DNA of 38,707 nt from Anaerolineae bacterium (GTDB lineage Bacteria; Chloroflexota; Anaerolineae; Anaerolineales; Anaerolineaceae): contig JAJTBH010000001.1 of assembly GCA_021287005.1 (NCBI GenBank), forward strand, positions 1-38,707. Direction: 5' to 3'. The translations under genes were made by a program, and so were the position numbers. Below are positions 16,123-25,438 of this stretch, piece by piece. A model generated the notes under the pieces. The model was not told where the DNA came from and made no database searches. It worked only from the letters and a program-made list of their open reading frames with translations. The stretch's first letter is position 1. Every line of letters starts with the position of its first letter.

Positions 16123-17397
16123 ATGAAAATACTCGAACTTGAAAATGTCCCCCTGTCTCAATTGCGAGACACCGCCAAGGAACTTAACATTCCGAATGCC
16201 ACACGCCTTAAAAAAGAAAATTTAATTATCCGTATTCGCCAGAGTGAAGCCGAAAAAGAAGGGCTTGAAGTACGTGGCGGCGTTCTTGAAATTATGAATG
16301 AGGGCATTGGCTTTTTACGCACCAATTATCAGGTCGGCCCTGAAGATGTTTATGTATCACAGGCGCAGTTGCGCCGCTACGAGTTGCGCTCCGGAGACCT
16401 GGTAATCGGCCATGTGCGCCCGCCGCGCGAAGGTGAACGACACTACGGCATGCTCAAAGTTGAAAGTATCAACGGAATTGCTCCCGAAGAAGCCCGTCGT
16501 CGCCCGGTTTTTGAAGATTTAACCCCCATTTTTCCCGATAAACGTTTTGATCTCGAAATTGACCACGCCACTTTATCAACCCGTTTAATTAACTTGATTT
16601 CTCCGATCGGCCGCGGTCAACGCGGTATGATCGTTTCACCGCCTAAAGCCGGTAAAACCACCATCTTAAAACAAATTGCCAATTCCATCTCCACCCGCCA
16701 TCCCGATGTGCACCTGATCATTGCCTTGATCGGCGAGCGCCCTGAAGAAGTGACCGATATGGATCGTTCGGTGGATGCCGAAGTGGTCGCCTCAACCTTT
16801 GACGAACCGGTTACCTCACACGTGCGCACCGCCGAAATCACACTCGAACGCGCCAAACGCCTGGTTGAGATCGGCCGGGATGTGGTCATTTTAATGGACT
16901 CACTCACCCGTCTGGCTCGCGCCTATAACCTGGTGGTTAATCCCTCCGGCCGCACCCTGTCCGGCGGTATGGACCCCTCGGCTTTATACCCGCCCAAACG
17001 TTTCTTCGGCGCCGCGCGTAATATTGAAGAAGGCGGCTCCCTGACCATTATTGCAACAGCCCTGGTTGATACCGGCTCACGTCTTGACGACGTGGTATAT
17101 GAAGAGTTTAAAGGCACCGGCAACATGGAACTTCACCTGTCGCGCCGCCTGCAAGAACGCCGCATTTTCCCCGCCATCGACATCGAACGTTCTTCCACCC
17201 GTCGCGAAGACCTGTTGTTGGGCCCCGACCTGTTACAGCGTGTCTGGTTAATGCGCCGCATGTATCTGCAAATGATTTCCACCCCGCCGCAAGGCGCCGG
17301 GCTGGATCCCTCGGTGGCCACCGAAGCCATCGTGCAACGCCTCGCCAAGACACGTAATAATATGGAATTTTTGGAGAACTTAACGGAGGATATGTGA
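16123..17397 (+). CDS. rho: Transcription termination factor Rho
   Basis: Contains the Rho N-terminal domain, the RNA-binding domain (GFLR...[16 protein letters not shown]), Walker A (PPKAGKTT) and the [10 protein letters not shown] signature. Confidence 0.95.
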   Translation: MKILELENVPLSQLRDTAKELNIPNATRLKKENLIIRIRQSEAEKEGLEVRGGVLEIMNEGIGFLRTNYQVGPEDVYVSQAQLRRYELRSGDLVIGHVRPPREGERHYGMLKVESINGIAPEEARRRPVFEDLTPIFPDKRFDLEIDHATLSTRLINLISPIGRGQRGMIVSPPKAGKTTILKQIANSISTRHPDVHLIIALIGERPEEVTDMDRSVDAEVVASTFDEPVTSHVRTAEITLERAKRLVEIGRDVVILMDSLTRLARAYNLVVNPSGRTLSGGMDPSALYPPKRFFGAARNIEEGGSLTIIATALVDTGSRLDDVVYEEFKGTGNMELHLSRRLQERRIFPAIDIERSSTRREDLLLGPDLLQRVWLMRRMYLQMISTPPQGAGLDPSVATEAIVQRLAKTRNNMEFLENLTEDM

Positions 17398-18497
17398 AAA
17401 CAAATTCGGCCGCAAACAAAGGGGGCTGGTTATACCAACTCTTCTTTGATATGTGGCTTCCCTGGTTGTTATGGGCCGTGGTGGTCGTTTTACTGGCGAT
17501 CCTCACAACCATCCTTATTAAACGCTCACCCCTGGGTGTTTATGATGTTGAAAAAACCCCCGAAGTTGCTTTGCTTGAGCCCGCAGACACCAATAAAGCC
17601 ACCGGCAACAGCGTTCCCATGCCGGCTATGGTACCCGAAAAATCAACCGGCGCCATGGTGCGTGAAACCGATTTACACACCATCATCCCGTCGCGGGCAC
17701 GCTCTACCGCCACCACCTACACGGTGGATAAAGGCGACTCGGTTTTTTCAATCGCCAACAAATACAAACTCAAACCCGAAACCGTCTTGTGGGCCAATTA
17801 TGACCTGCTGGACGATAACCCCAACATGCTTTCCGTCGGCCAGGAATTAACCATTCCTCCCGTGGACGGCATTTATTACAAATGGCTAAAAGACGACAAG
17901 CTGGATGAAATCGCCTCAAAATACCAGGTGACCACCAATGATATCGTCGGTTGGCCGGGCAACAAACTGGATTTAACCAACCCCGAGATTCAAGCCGATT
18001 CCTACGTGATGATCCCGGGCGGCTGGCGTGAAAACCGCCAGTGGTTGGTGCCCACCATCTGGAGACCCAACTCCGGCGCGTCCCGCGGTATTGCCGCCCA
18101 ATGCGAACTGCCGGCAAGCGGCGCTATGGGCACGGGTTCCTTCATCTGGCCGTCTGCCACGCACCTGATTTCGGGTAATGATTACTGGTCCGGCCACCTC
18201 GGCATCGACATCGGCGCCGCAGACGGTTCACCGTTTTACGCCGCAGACAGCGGTCTGGTGGTTTATTCCGGCCCCATCGGCGGTGGTTATGGTTTGATGA
18301 TCATGATCGACCACGGCAACGGATATCACACACTCTACGCCCACAACAGCGCCCTGTTGGTGCAGTGCGGCCAGAGTGTTAGCAAAGGCCAGGTAATCGG
18401 ATACACCGGTAATACCGGTAACTCAACCGGCCCGCATTTGCACTTCGAAGTGCGTTATAACGGCGGTTATATCAACCCCCACTACGTTTTACCCTAA
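17394..18497 (+). CDS. Membrane-anchored LysM / M23 family metallopeptidase
   Basis: The GTG start overlaps the rho stop (ATGTGA) and follows GGAGGA. There is a TM helix and a LysM domain (YTVDKGDSVFSIANKYKL...). The M23 motifs are HLGIDIGA, HTLYAHNS and GNSTGPHLHFEV. Confidence 0.85.
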   Translation: MKTNSAANKGGWLYQLFFDMWLPWLLWAVVVVLLAILTTILIKRSPLGVYDVEKTPEVALLEPADTNKATGNSVPMPAMVPEKSTGAMVRETDLHTIIPSRARSTATTYTVDKGDSVFSIANKYKLKPETVLWANYDLLDDNPNMLSVGQELTIPPVDGIYYKWLKDDKLDEIASKYQVTTNDIVGWPGNKLDLTNPEIQADSYVMIPGGWRENRQWLVPTIWRPNSGASRGIAAQCELPASGAMGTGSFIWPSATHLISGNDYWSGHLGIDIGAADGSPFYAADSGLVVYSGPIGGGYGLMIMIDHGNGYHTLYAHNSALLVQCGQSVSKGQVIGYTGNTGNSTGPHLHFEVRYNGGYINPHYVLP

Positions 18498-18515
18498 ACA
18501 AAATAAACTTCACAA

Positions 18516-18547
18516 ACTTCCCGGCGCTGAACCGGGAAGTTTTTTTA
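18516..18547 (+). terminator. Intrinsic terminator after the rho / M23 peptidase genes
   Basis: The stem pairs ACTTCCCGG with CCGGGAAGT around a 7-nt loop. It is followed by a run of T residues. Confidence 0.75.
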
Positions 18548-18584
18548 TCCTTCCGGCCATCGTATGGGGCAGCCGTTTACTGAA

Positions 18585-18690
18585 CCTGATACCACCTCGG
18601 TGGCCAAAGCCCGCTGGCCGAGCCTGATACCACCTCGGTGGCCGAAGCCCGCTGGCTGAGCCGATACCACCTCGGTGGCCGAAGCCCGGT
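18585..18690. repeat. Tandem repeat: a 38-bp unit in about 2.8 copies
   Basis: The unit is CCTGATACCACCTCGGTGGCC(A/G)AAGCCCGCTGGC(C/T)GAG, starting at 18585, 18623 and 18661 (the third copy has a 1-nt deletion and is truncated). Each unit contains the hairpin CCACC-TC-GGTGG. Confidence 0.85.
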
Positions 18691-18732
18691 TCTTAAATTC
18701 AATTTTTAAAATATAACGGGGAAAAATTGGCC

Positions 18733-20637
18733 TTATCTTAAACGCTGCAAACGATCAATGGCTTCCTGTGTAAACGGAACGGCCACCTGCACGCGAGTGC
18801 CTTTGCCGGGTGTAGATTCAATGTGCAAAACACCGTTGACCAAATCGGTGCGCTCGCGCAGGTTGACCATACCAAAACTGCCGCGGCGTTCATAATCATT
18901 GTTAATCGCCTTCACATCAAAACCCACGCCGTCATCATCGATTTCGAGCAAGCCGATGCTCTTATCTTTGCCCGCAAAACGCAGGCGCACACGAATCTCA
19001 CTGGCCTGGGCATGTTTGCGTGCATTATTAACCGCTTCCTCGGCCAGTGAAAAAATGACCGACTGTTTGTTTATTTCAAGCATGGTTAAGGTTTCGGGGT
19101 CTACTTCCACGGTCACATTCTGGCGGTAGGTATCGCGCATTTTATCGGCCATAGCCTGCAACGCCGCCAGCAAACCATCCGATTCCAATACCAGCGGGCG
19201 CAGGGTGAACAGCATGGTGCGAATTTCATGCGTGCTGCGCCGCGCCAGGTCTTCAAGCATGCCCAACTCTTCGGCTGCCTCATCCAATTTTTGCTCGTCC
19301 AACAGGCGGCGTGCAATGGAAAGGCGCATGGCAATCGCCGAAACCGTCTGGGTGGGGCCGTCATGCAAATCACGCGCCAGTTTTTTGCGAGCCTCCTCCT
19401 GAGTCTCAACGATTCGCTGTTTTTCCTCGGCGACGTCCTGAAAAAGGCGCGCGTTTTGAATCACCACCACCACCTGGTGGCTGAGCACCTCCAGAATTTC
19501 ACAGCGGTCGGTATTAAAAAAGGCCTCATCCGGGTGCGCAAACAACATGACGCCAAAGGCATTTAACCCGCGGTGCAGCGGCAATAACAACGCCGAATGA
19601 CAGGTCTGTAAAGACATTAATCGTCCCAATTCGGGGTCTTGCATGGGCTGGCGAATGACCTGCGGTTTGGCCGTTTGCAGCACATCCCGCAGTACCCCGC
19701 CGTTGGCCGGAAAAGTCTGGCGCAAATCCGCCGAGATAATGCCGCGCCCCGATTGAATGACCAGGTCGTGCTCGTCAAACAGCAGAGCGGCCCGAATTAA
19801 GGTGTCTTTTTCGGGGCCGTAAACGCCCACAGCCTCGCTGCACATATCCAGCGAGGTTTCAATAACCGTCTGGTAATCCAGCGAGGAGGAAAGCGTTTCG
19901 ATCATATCAAAAATAATTCGCATGCGGTTGCGTTCGCGGCGCTGGGCGCGCAGTTCGTCATCATGCCGTTTTGTAATCAGATTCTGATAATGACGGCGGG
20001 CGCTTTTCATAAACTGGCGGCTCAACAAACCAAAAGCCAGGCCGATCAGCAGGTTAAAAAGACCCAGTCCCACCAGAAACTGCCACAAAGAGAGGTATAA
20101 AACTGCCGGAAAAAGCGGCTGCAAGGTGTTTTGCATGGGCAGAACAATTTCGGCGCTGCTTTGCAGCACAAACAAAACGCTCTGTAAAAGCGAAAGCACC
20201 ACCGCAATCAGTACACTGCCCTGCCATTCAAAATAAACGGCAGCCGAAAACAGCGCCATCAGGCTGACCCAGACCAGGGGACCGGTTAAGCCGCCGCCAA
20301 AATAATAAAACAAAACCGTAATAACCGCATCCACCGCAACAAAAACCAGGCGATGCGCCGGAATTCGGTGGTTGCTCATTGCCAGGATTGAAGCAAACAG
20401 GTTCCAGATCACACAGAAAAGAATCAAGTAAATAACCGGCCAGTTAAGCGTGCCGGTCATTAACAACGAACTTGCAACCCCCAGCATCACCAGCCAGCGC
20501 AGGCTGATGGAAAACCAATCGGCAAGGAAGGGGTATTCATCTCGTTTGGAGGGTGTGATCATAAATTTACCTGTCGACACTTCATACACCTGTTCAACTA
20601 CATCTGTCTTTACTATTAATCGGTCATTTAAGCGCAT
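18733..20637 (-). CDS. Sensor histidine kinase: multi-TM N-terminus, GAF, HisKA_3 and HATPase_c domains
   Basis: The H-box is LARDLHDGPTQTV (NarL-class HisKA_3), the N-box is EEAVNNARKHA, and the G-boxes are DDGVGFD and GMVNLRER...PGKGTRV. No response regulator gene lies adjacent. Confidence 0.85.
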   Translation of the reverse strand: MRLNDRLIVKTDVVEQVYEVSTGKFMITPSKRDEYPFLADWFSISLRWLVMLGVASSLLMTGTLNWPVIYLILFCVIWNLFASILAMSNHRIPAHRLVFVAVDAVITVLFYYFGGGLTGPLVWVSLMALFSAAVYFEWQGSVLIAVVLSLLQSVLFVLQSSAEIVLPMQNTLQPLFPAVLYLSLWQFLVGLGLFNLLIGLAFGLLSRQFMKSARRHYQNLITKRHDDELRAQRRERNRMRIIFDMIETLSSSLDYQTVIETSLDMCSEAVGVYGPEKDTLIRAALLFDEHDLVIQSGRGIISADLRQTFPANGGVLRDVLQTAKPQVIRQPMQDPELGRLMSLQTCHSALLLPLHRGLNAFGVMLFAHPDEAFFNTDRCEILEVLSHQVVVVIQNARLFQDVAEEKQRIVETQEEARKKLARDLHDGPTQTVSAIAMRLSIARRLLDEQKLDEAAEELGMLEDLARRSTHEIRTMLFTLRPLVLESDGLLAALQAMADKMRDTYRQNVTVEVDPETLTMLEINKQSVIFSLAEEAVNNARKHAQASEIRVRLRFAGKDKSIGLLEIDDDGVGFDVKAINNDYERRGSFGMVNLRERTDLVNGVLHIESTPGKGTRVQVAVPFTQEAIDRLQRLR

Positions 20638-20640
20638 TAC

Positions 20641-21645
20641 TTAACGCGCCAGACTTGCAATAAACATGTCCATCGAAAGATCAAGCGCGGCCTGGCTGGT
20701 TTTCATGGCTTCATCCATCTCAAAGAGACGTCGATAAACCTGTTCCAGTTGCGGCATCGAAAAACGCCGCGCCTGTTCGGCCAGTTTTTTAGCCACAAAG
20801 GGGTGCTGGCGCATATCCCGCTCAATCTGATCGGCGCCGCCGCCTTCATCCAGCAGCTCGCGCGCCTGAATCAACAAACGAAACTGGCGCACAATCATAA
20901 AAAAGAGGCCGGCCGGTTCCTGTTGTTCCAACAAATTATGTAACAAATGGATGGCTTTGCGGCTGTTTTGCTGGGCAACGGCATCCACCATGTCAAAAAT
21001 GCTGACCGTGCTGATGGAGGTGGTTAATAAATTAACATCGTCGGCATCCACCGGACGTTTATAGTCCACATAGGTGAGCAGTTTTTCCACCTCAATAGCC
21101 GCCATACGGGTATCGCTGCCCACGTGCGCGGCCAATTCGGAGGCGCCGTGCGGGTCAAAACGTCCTTGCAGACTTTTGGCGTAATTCATGATCCAGGCCG
21201 CCATCTGGTCACCCGAAGGCAGTTGACAGGTAAGCCATAAAACACGCGTTTTTTCCGCCTGAGACCAGTTCCTTAACCAGTGGCTTTTGTTTATGGTTTT
21301 CCAATCCTTGCGCTCAAAGCTGTCGTCCAACACCAGCAGCAGGGCCGCGCTGTCGGGCAAAGTGTTAAGCAGGCCAAGCAGTTTATCCTTATACCCTTCG
21401 CCACGGTTTAAGGGGTGGGTTAAAACCACCAGGCGGCGTTCGGCCAGGAATGGCATGGTTGAAATATTGGATTTAACGTCATCCAATGAAACTGTGGCGC
21501 CATCCATGCGCGCGATATTTAAATCCGCAATGGATGGATCACCCATCAGGGCGGTTATTTTATTAATCGCACTGCCGATGGCATAATCGTCATCGCCATG
21601 TAAGATCGTCACCACCGGCAGGTCTTTTATCGTCTCGGGCAGCAT
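20641..21645 (-). CDS. holA: DNA polymerase III delta subunit
   Basis: Has a typical HolA N-terminus (VVTILHGDDDYAIGSAINKI) and the expected length. I take the ATG at 21643-21645, one nt after the upstream gene's stop. The track ORF extends to 21786 but that stretch overlaps the DUF952 gene. Confidence 0.75.
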   Translation of the reverse strand: MLPETIKDLPVVTILHGDDDYAIGSAINKITALMGDPSIADLNIARMDGATVSLDDVKSNISTMPFLAERRLVVLTHPLNRGEGYKDKLLGLLNTLPDSAALLLVLDDSFERKDWKTINKSHWLRNWSQAEKTRVLWLTCQLPSGDQMAAWIMNYAKSLQGRFDPHGASELAAHVGSDTRMAAIEVEKLLTYVDYKRPVDADDVNLLTTSISTVSIFDMVDAVAQQNSRKAIHLLHNLLEQQEPAGLFFMIVRQFRLLIQARELLDEGGGADQIERDMRQHPFVAKKLAEQARRFSMPQLEQVYRRLFEMDEAMKTSQAALDLSMDMFIASLAR

Positions 21646-21646
21646 A

Positions 21647-22003
21647 TCACTCCGTGAATGCTTCTGCCGGCCAGTCAAATAAACCGTCGGCGCGGCATGG
21701 GAAAGCCACCGCAGCCACCACGGCATCCAACGCAATGGGGCCGTAAACATGCGGAAACAGGCTGTCATGGCCGGCTGTATCTTCAAAGCGGATTTCGGAA
21801 GTTAAACGCATCATATCGATGTGCAGCAGCAGCAAATCGGAAGCGCCTTGATAATAACGCGCTGCCGTGTTAAGCACCTGGTTCCGTGTAGAGCAGTGGA
21901 TAAACCCCTCAGTCTCCAGGCTGGGCGCGCGATATAACCCCGCCTGTTGGGCGTTTTTCCAGTCGACGCCTGAAATAATGTGGTAAATCAATCGGCGTGT
22001 CAT
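21647..22003 (-). CDS. DUF952-family protein
   Basis: The 118-aa length and the pattern W......G.Y...SL..EGFIHCS...Q......RYY.......LL.ID......E..FE.......FPH.YGP match DUF952 as I recall it. Confidence 0.65.
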   Translation of the reverse strand: MTRRLIYHIISGVDWKNAQQAGLYRAPSLETEGFIHCSTRNQVLNTAARYYQGASDLLLLHIDMMRLTSEIRFEDTAGHDSLFPHVYGPIALDAVVAAVAFPCRADGLFDWPAEAFTE

Positions 22004-22005
22004 GG

Positions 22006-22347
22006 TTAATCACGCTTAAAATGCGGCATATCAAAAGGAATTTCAAGCGACAGTTCAACAAAACCGGCATATTCGCCATTTTCATAAACGGGCGCTTGAT
22101 AAATCAGCTTTTTAATCCCCTTTTTTTCAATGGTGTACACATTTGAACGCCCCTCTTTTAACATGCTCACCAGTTTCGATCGAGCCGGCTCGGGGTGGCA
22201 TTCAAGTACGTTGCTGCCAATCAGGTCGGCGCCGCCGCTTTTGCCAAAGTTGCTGATGGATTTATCATTCATCTCGGTAATGATTCCCTCTTTATTACAA
22301 ACCGTTACCGCACCCTGAAATTCCTTCACCCACTCATAAACCTTCAT
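22006..22347 (-). CDS. Stand-alone PAS-domain protein (113 aa)
   Basis: PAS-like core: AVTVCNKEGIITEMNDKSISNF...GSNVLECHPEPARSKL...YTIEKKG. Confidence 0.55.
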   Translation of the reverse strand: MKVYEWVKEFQGAVTVCNKEGIITEMNDKSISNFGKSGGADLIGSNVLECHPEPARSKLVSMLKEGRSNVYTIEKKGIKKLIYQAPVYENGEYAGFVELSLEIPFDMPHFKRD

Positions 22348-22350
22348 ACG

Positions 22351-24612
22351 TTATCTGTCTCCTGATTCACCCAACATTTTAAAAAACTCATCCACCACAG
22401 CCGGGTCAAATCTGGCGCCCGACTGATCACGAATATATTCTATCACTGCATCATCCATCCAGGCCTTTCGATAAGGTCGATCCAGGCGCATCACATTCCA
22501 GGTCTCCACCACGGCAAAAATCCGGGCAGCCAGCGGAATGGCATTTTTCTTTAATCCCAGCGGATAACCGCTGCCGTCCCAATGTTCGTGATGTGAATAG
22601 GGGATATCCATAGCCGGCAGCAAGTAGGGCACGTGCGAAATCAATTCATACGCGATGATCGGGAAATGGCGCATAACCTTCCACTCATCGGGGGTTAACG
22701 GTCCCGTTTTTAACAAAATTTGGTCGGGAATGCCGGTTTTGCCGATATCATGCAAAATCGCCCCGCGGCGCACATGCACGATATCTTCATCTCCCATTCC
22801 CAGGCGGCGCGCCAGGCGCACGGTCATCTGCGTGACCTGGTAGGTATGCATGGGGTTTTCCTGGCAGCGAATATCCAACGAGTGCGCCCAGCTTTCAATA
22901 GTGGCTTCATAGGCCCGGGTTAACTCAATGCTTGAACGCTGCATGCCCTCAAACATTTCAGTATTATCGATGGCTATGGCCGCCTGGCTGGCCAGGGTAT
23001 TTAAATATGAAAGCCAATCGTCATCCACAATAAAGGGTTTGCGGAAATAAGTTTCAATCACGGCCCGGACATGCCCCTTAACAACCACCGGCACGCCGCA
23101 ATATGAATGAAAATCCTCCGCCACCATTAATACCTGGCGCTGTTTGCCGAAATGATGGGGTGAATTTGACAGTTGATTGATAATCAACGGAGCATTACTA
23201 TCCATGATTTGAATGATCAGGCCGTCGTCATGACTGATATTGGTATGTTCGAGATTCTGACAGCGGAACCCGCGCACCGATTCGTATTCCAACATCTGGT
23301 TATGAACATTTAATGTCAACAAAGCCACCGCATCGGCGCCCAGTTTGGCCGTTACCTGGTCCAACAAAATTTTTATAATAATTTGCAGGTTAAAACTGGT
23401 GGCAATGGCGCTGTCTACCAGGCGCAGGGCCTCCAGTCTTTGAAACTGGCGTTGAATTTCCGCTTCGGCCTTTTTTCGGGCGGTAATGTCAGTCATGATG
23501 GTGGCAAACTGCCCCTTCAACGGGCTGAAAACCATCACATCAATATACCGATCCAGGCGCGGATAATAATGTTCAAAATATGCGGGAATGCCCGTACGTG
23601 CCACCCGGTCATACAACTCGATCGGGCCCGTTTCGTTATCTTGAAACACCTCGCTGGCCAGTTTCCGGTTAATTTCAATCATCAGGTTGTGCAATGCATA
23701 ATAGGCCAGGTTCACTTCTATAAAACGATAATCCACCGGTTTGCCCTGTTTATCATAAACCATTTCGTGCAGGGCAAAACCATCCATCATGCTGTTAAAC
23801 AACAGCCGGTACCGTTCGTCGCTGGCCTGGCGGGCGTTTTCGGCTTGAAAACGCGAGGTAACATCGCGAACGATGACAACCAAAACCCTGTCATCCGCCG
23901 CCCGTGTATCTTGAAAACTGACTTCCACCGGAAAGGTGCTGCCATCCTTGCGGCAGTGTACCGCTTCGTGAATGACTGCCGAAGAATAGGCTTTGCGGTT
24001 GATCTTAAAACCCGGGTCGCCATTTTTACCAATCTGATCAATGCGTAATTTTAATAATTCATCATAAGTGTAACCATAAGTATTTAACGCAATCCGGTTG
24101 GCATCCAGAATTCTGCCCGTGTTGATTTCAACAAACAGCACAATATCGCGCGAGTTCTGCGACATGGCCCGATAACGGGCGTCCAGATCGTTTTGATGAA
24201 AATCGGCTTTATTTTGAAAAATAATAATGCCGCGGTGTTGTTGAATGGCTTCATCAAATAAAGGCAGCACGAAGGCTTCCGCGCTTAACAGGTCGCCGTT
24301 TTTCTTTTTTAAGACCAGGTTAAAATGATCGCCGCGATGTTGCGAAATGATATCCTCACCCGCCTTACCCACCTGTTCATAAACATGTGCATCCGGATAA
24401 ACATCGCGCGTGTACCGGCCAAACAGTTCTCCCGCTTCATACCCCAGCATCTTTTCGGCGTGTATATTGGCATCAATGATCTGGCGCGACGAAAAGTTAA
24501 TTAAAAGTACCGCGTCTGCCAGACCAAAAAACAAATCTTTCAGTTTTTGTTCAAACTCAATCTCTTTTGATTTTTCCGCGTGTCCAATGATGCCCGTTGG
24601 GGTTATATTCAT
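22351..24612 (-). CDS. Multi-PAS / GAF / HD-GYP domain protein (predicted c-di-GMP phosphodiesterase)
   Basis: The HD-GYP signatures are HDIGKTGIP and HHEHWDGSGYPLGL. PAS repeats and a GAF-like region lie upstream of them. Confidence 0.85.
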   Translation of the reverse strand: MNITPTGIIGHAEKSKEIEFEQKLKDLFFGLADAVLLINFSSRQIIDANIHAEKMLGYEAGELFGRYTRDVYPDAHVYEQVGKAGEDIISQHRGDHFNLVLKKKNGDLLSAEAFVLPLFDEAIQQHRGIIIFQNKADFHQNDLDARYRAMSQNSRDIVLFVEINTGRILDANRIALNTYGYTYDELLKLRIDQIGKNGDPGFKINRKAYSSAVIHEAVHCRKDGSTFPVEVSFQDTRAADDRVLVVIVRDVTSRFQAENARQASDERYRLLFNSMMDGFALHEMVYDKQGKPVDYRFIEVNLAYYALHNLMIEINRKLASEVFQDNETGPIELYDRVARTGIPAYFEHYYPRLDRYIDVMVFSPLKGQFATIMTDITARKKAEAEIQRQFQRLEALRLVDSAIATSFNLQIIIKILLDQVTAKLGADAVALLTLNVHNQMLEYESVRGFRCQNLEHTNISHDDGLIIQIMDSNAPLIINQLSNSPHHFGKQRQVLMVAEDFHSYCGVPVVVKGHVRAVIETYFRKPFIVDDDWLSYLNTLASQAAIAIDNTEMFEGMQRSSIELTRAYEATIESWAHSLDIRCQENPMHTYQVTQMTVRLARRLGMGDEDIVHVRRGAILHDIGKTGIPDQILLKTGPLTPDEWKVMRHFPIIAYELISHVPYLLPAMDIPYSHHEHWDGSGYPLGLKKNAIPLAARIFAVVETWNVMRLDRPYRKAWMDDAVIEYIRDQSGARFDPAVVDEFFKMLGESGDR

Positions 24613-24778
24613 TCAAAGAATCCTGTTATTCAAACATACCCTCCCATTCTATTCAATTTGTTCTTGTTCTGCAAGAAATGGAAGGTAGGTTATTAAGATT
24701 AATCGGGTGATATTGATAGCTCTTGCAAGTGACTCGTTTTTAGAATGATTTTACCCGTTTTATTCAAAAGGAGGCGAA

Positions 24779-25213
24779 ATGAGCAGTATCCGGTATATTT
24801 TACAGGCCAAAGGTCATTCATATATCTGGAGTGTAAAACCAGATGACAGCGTTTTCGAAGCCCTGAGAATCATGGCAGATAAAGATGTGGGCGCCTTAAT
24901 GGTTATGGACGGAGAAAAACTGGTCGGCATTATTTCGGAAAGAGATTATGCCCGCAAGGTAATTTTATTCGGCAAAACATCCAAAGATACGGCCGTCAAA
25001 GAAATCATGAGCAAACAGGTCATCCGCATTCACGCCGGGCAGACCACCGAAGAGGCAATGGACTTAATGAATAAAAACCACATCCGGCACCTGCCGGTGA
25101 TGGATGAAGACGACACCCTCGTCGGGGTGATTTCAATCAGCGATGTCTTGCGCGATATTATTTACCGTCAGCGCGAAGAAATTAAACATTTTTCCGAATC
25201 CATTATCAAATAA
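24779..25213 (+). CDS. CBS-domain pair protein
   Basis: Two CBS repeats are present (VGALMVMDGEKLVGIISERD and IRHLPVMDEDDTLVGVISISDV). An AGGAGG RBS is present. Confidence 0.8.
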   Translation: MSSIRYILQAKGHSYIWSVKPDDSVFEALRIMADKDVGALMVMDGEKLVGIISERDYARKVILFGKTSKDTAVKEIMSKQVIRIHAGQTTEEAMDLMNKNHIRHLPVMDEDDTLVGVISISDVLRDIIYRQREEIKHFSESIIK

Positions 25214-25251
25214 ACTCGCCGGAAATTTCGATTTACTCCGGAGCATTCATC

Positions 25252-25299
25252 GTTCAGGTTCAAAAAGGTGCGGTCAGGCCGCCCGTTTTGAACCTGAAC
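25252..25299 (+). terminator. Long hairpin (14-bp outer stem) downstream of the CBS gene; possible terminator
   Basis: GTTCAGGTTCAAAA (25252-25265) pairs with TTTTGAACCTGAAC (25286-25299), and there is an inner GC stem. No clear T-run follows. Confidence 0.4.
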
Positions 25300-25356
25300 T
25301 TCAATTACCACATTAAAATAATGAAATGACTCTTTTTAGCCCGCCACCCTTATGCC

Positions 25357-25416
25357 GGGGGAAGGGTTGGGCTCGAAGGTTTTTTATTTTTTATCGATAG
25401 ATTGGGTGAGCAATGA
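25357..25416 (+). repeat. Copy B of the same dispersed structured repeat
   Basis: GGGGGAAGGGTTGGGCTCGAAGGTTTTTTATTTTTTATCGATAGATTGGGTGAGCAATGA. Both copies are also preceded by CTTTT(T)AGCCC, which pairs with the G-rich arm. Confidence 0.7.
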
Positions 25417-25438
25417 CGCTTAATTAAGGGGACAAAAT

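Noticed and set aside
18585-18690. I considered whether the tandem repeats here and at 29782-29886 might be a CRISPR array.
   Set aside because: The repeat units are directly contiguous with no unique spacers, the unit lengths and copy numbers are small, and there are no cas genes in the window.
20641-21786. The ORF track gives a long form of holA (381 aa) starting at 21786.
   Set aside because: The extra 47 codons (MKIQPAMTACFRMF...) overlap the 3' end of the DUF952 gene and look non-protein-like. The ATG at 21643-21645 gives a canonical HolA N-terminus 1 nt after the DUF952 stop.
23383-24048. A 221-aa ORF lies on the plus strand, antisense to the PAS/GAF/HD-GYP gene.
   Set aside because: Its composition is low-complexity and unusual, it has no RBS, and it is fully contained in a confidently assigned gene on the other strand.
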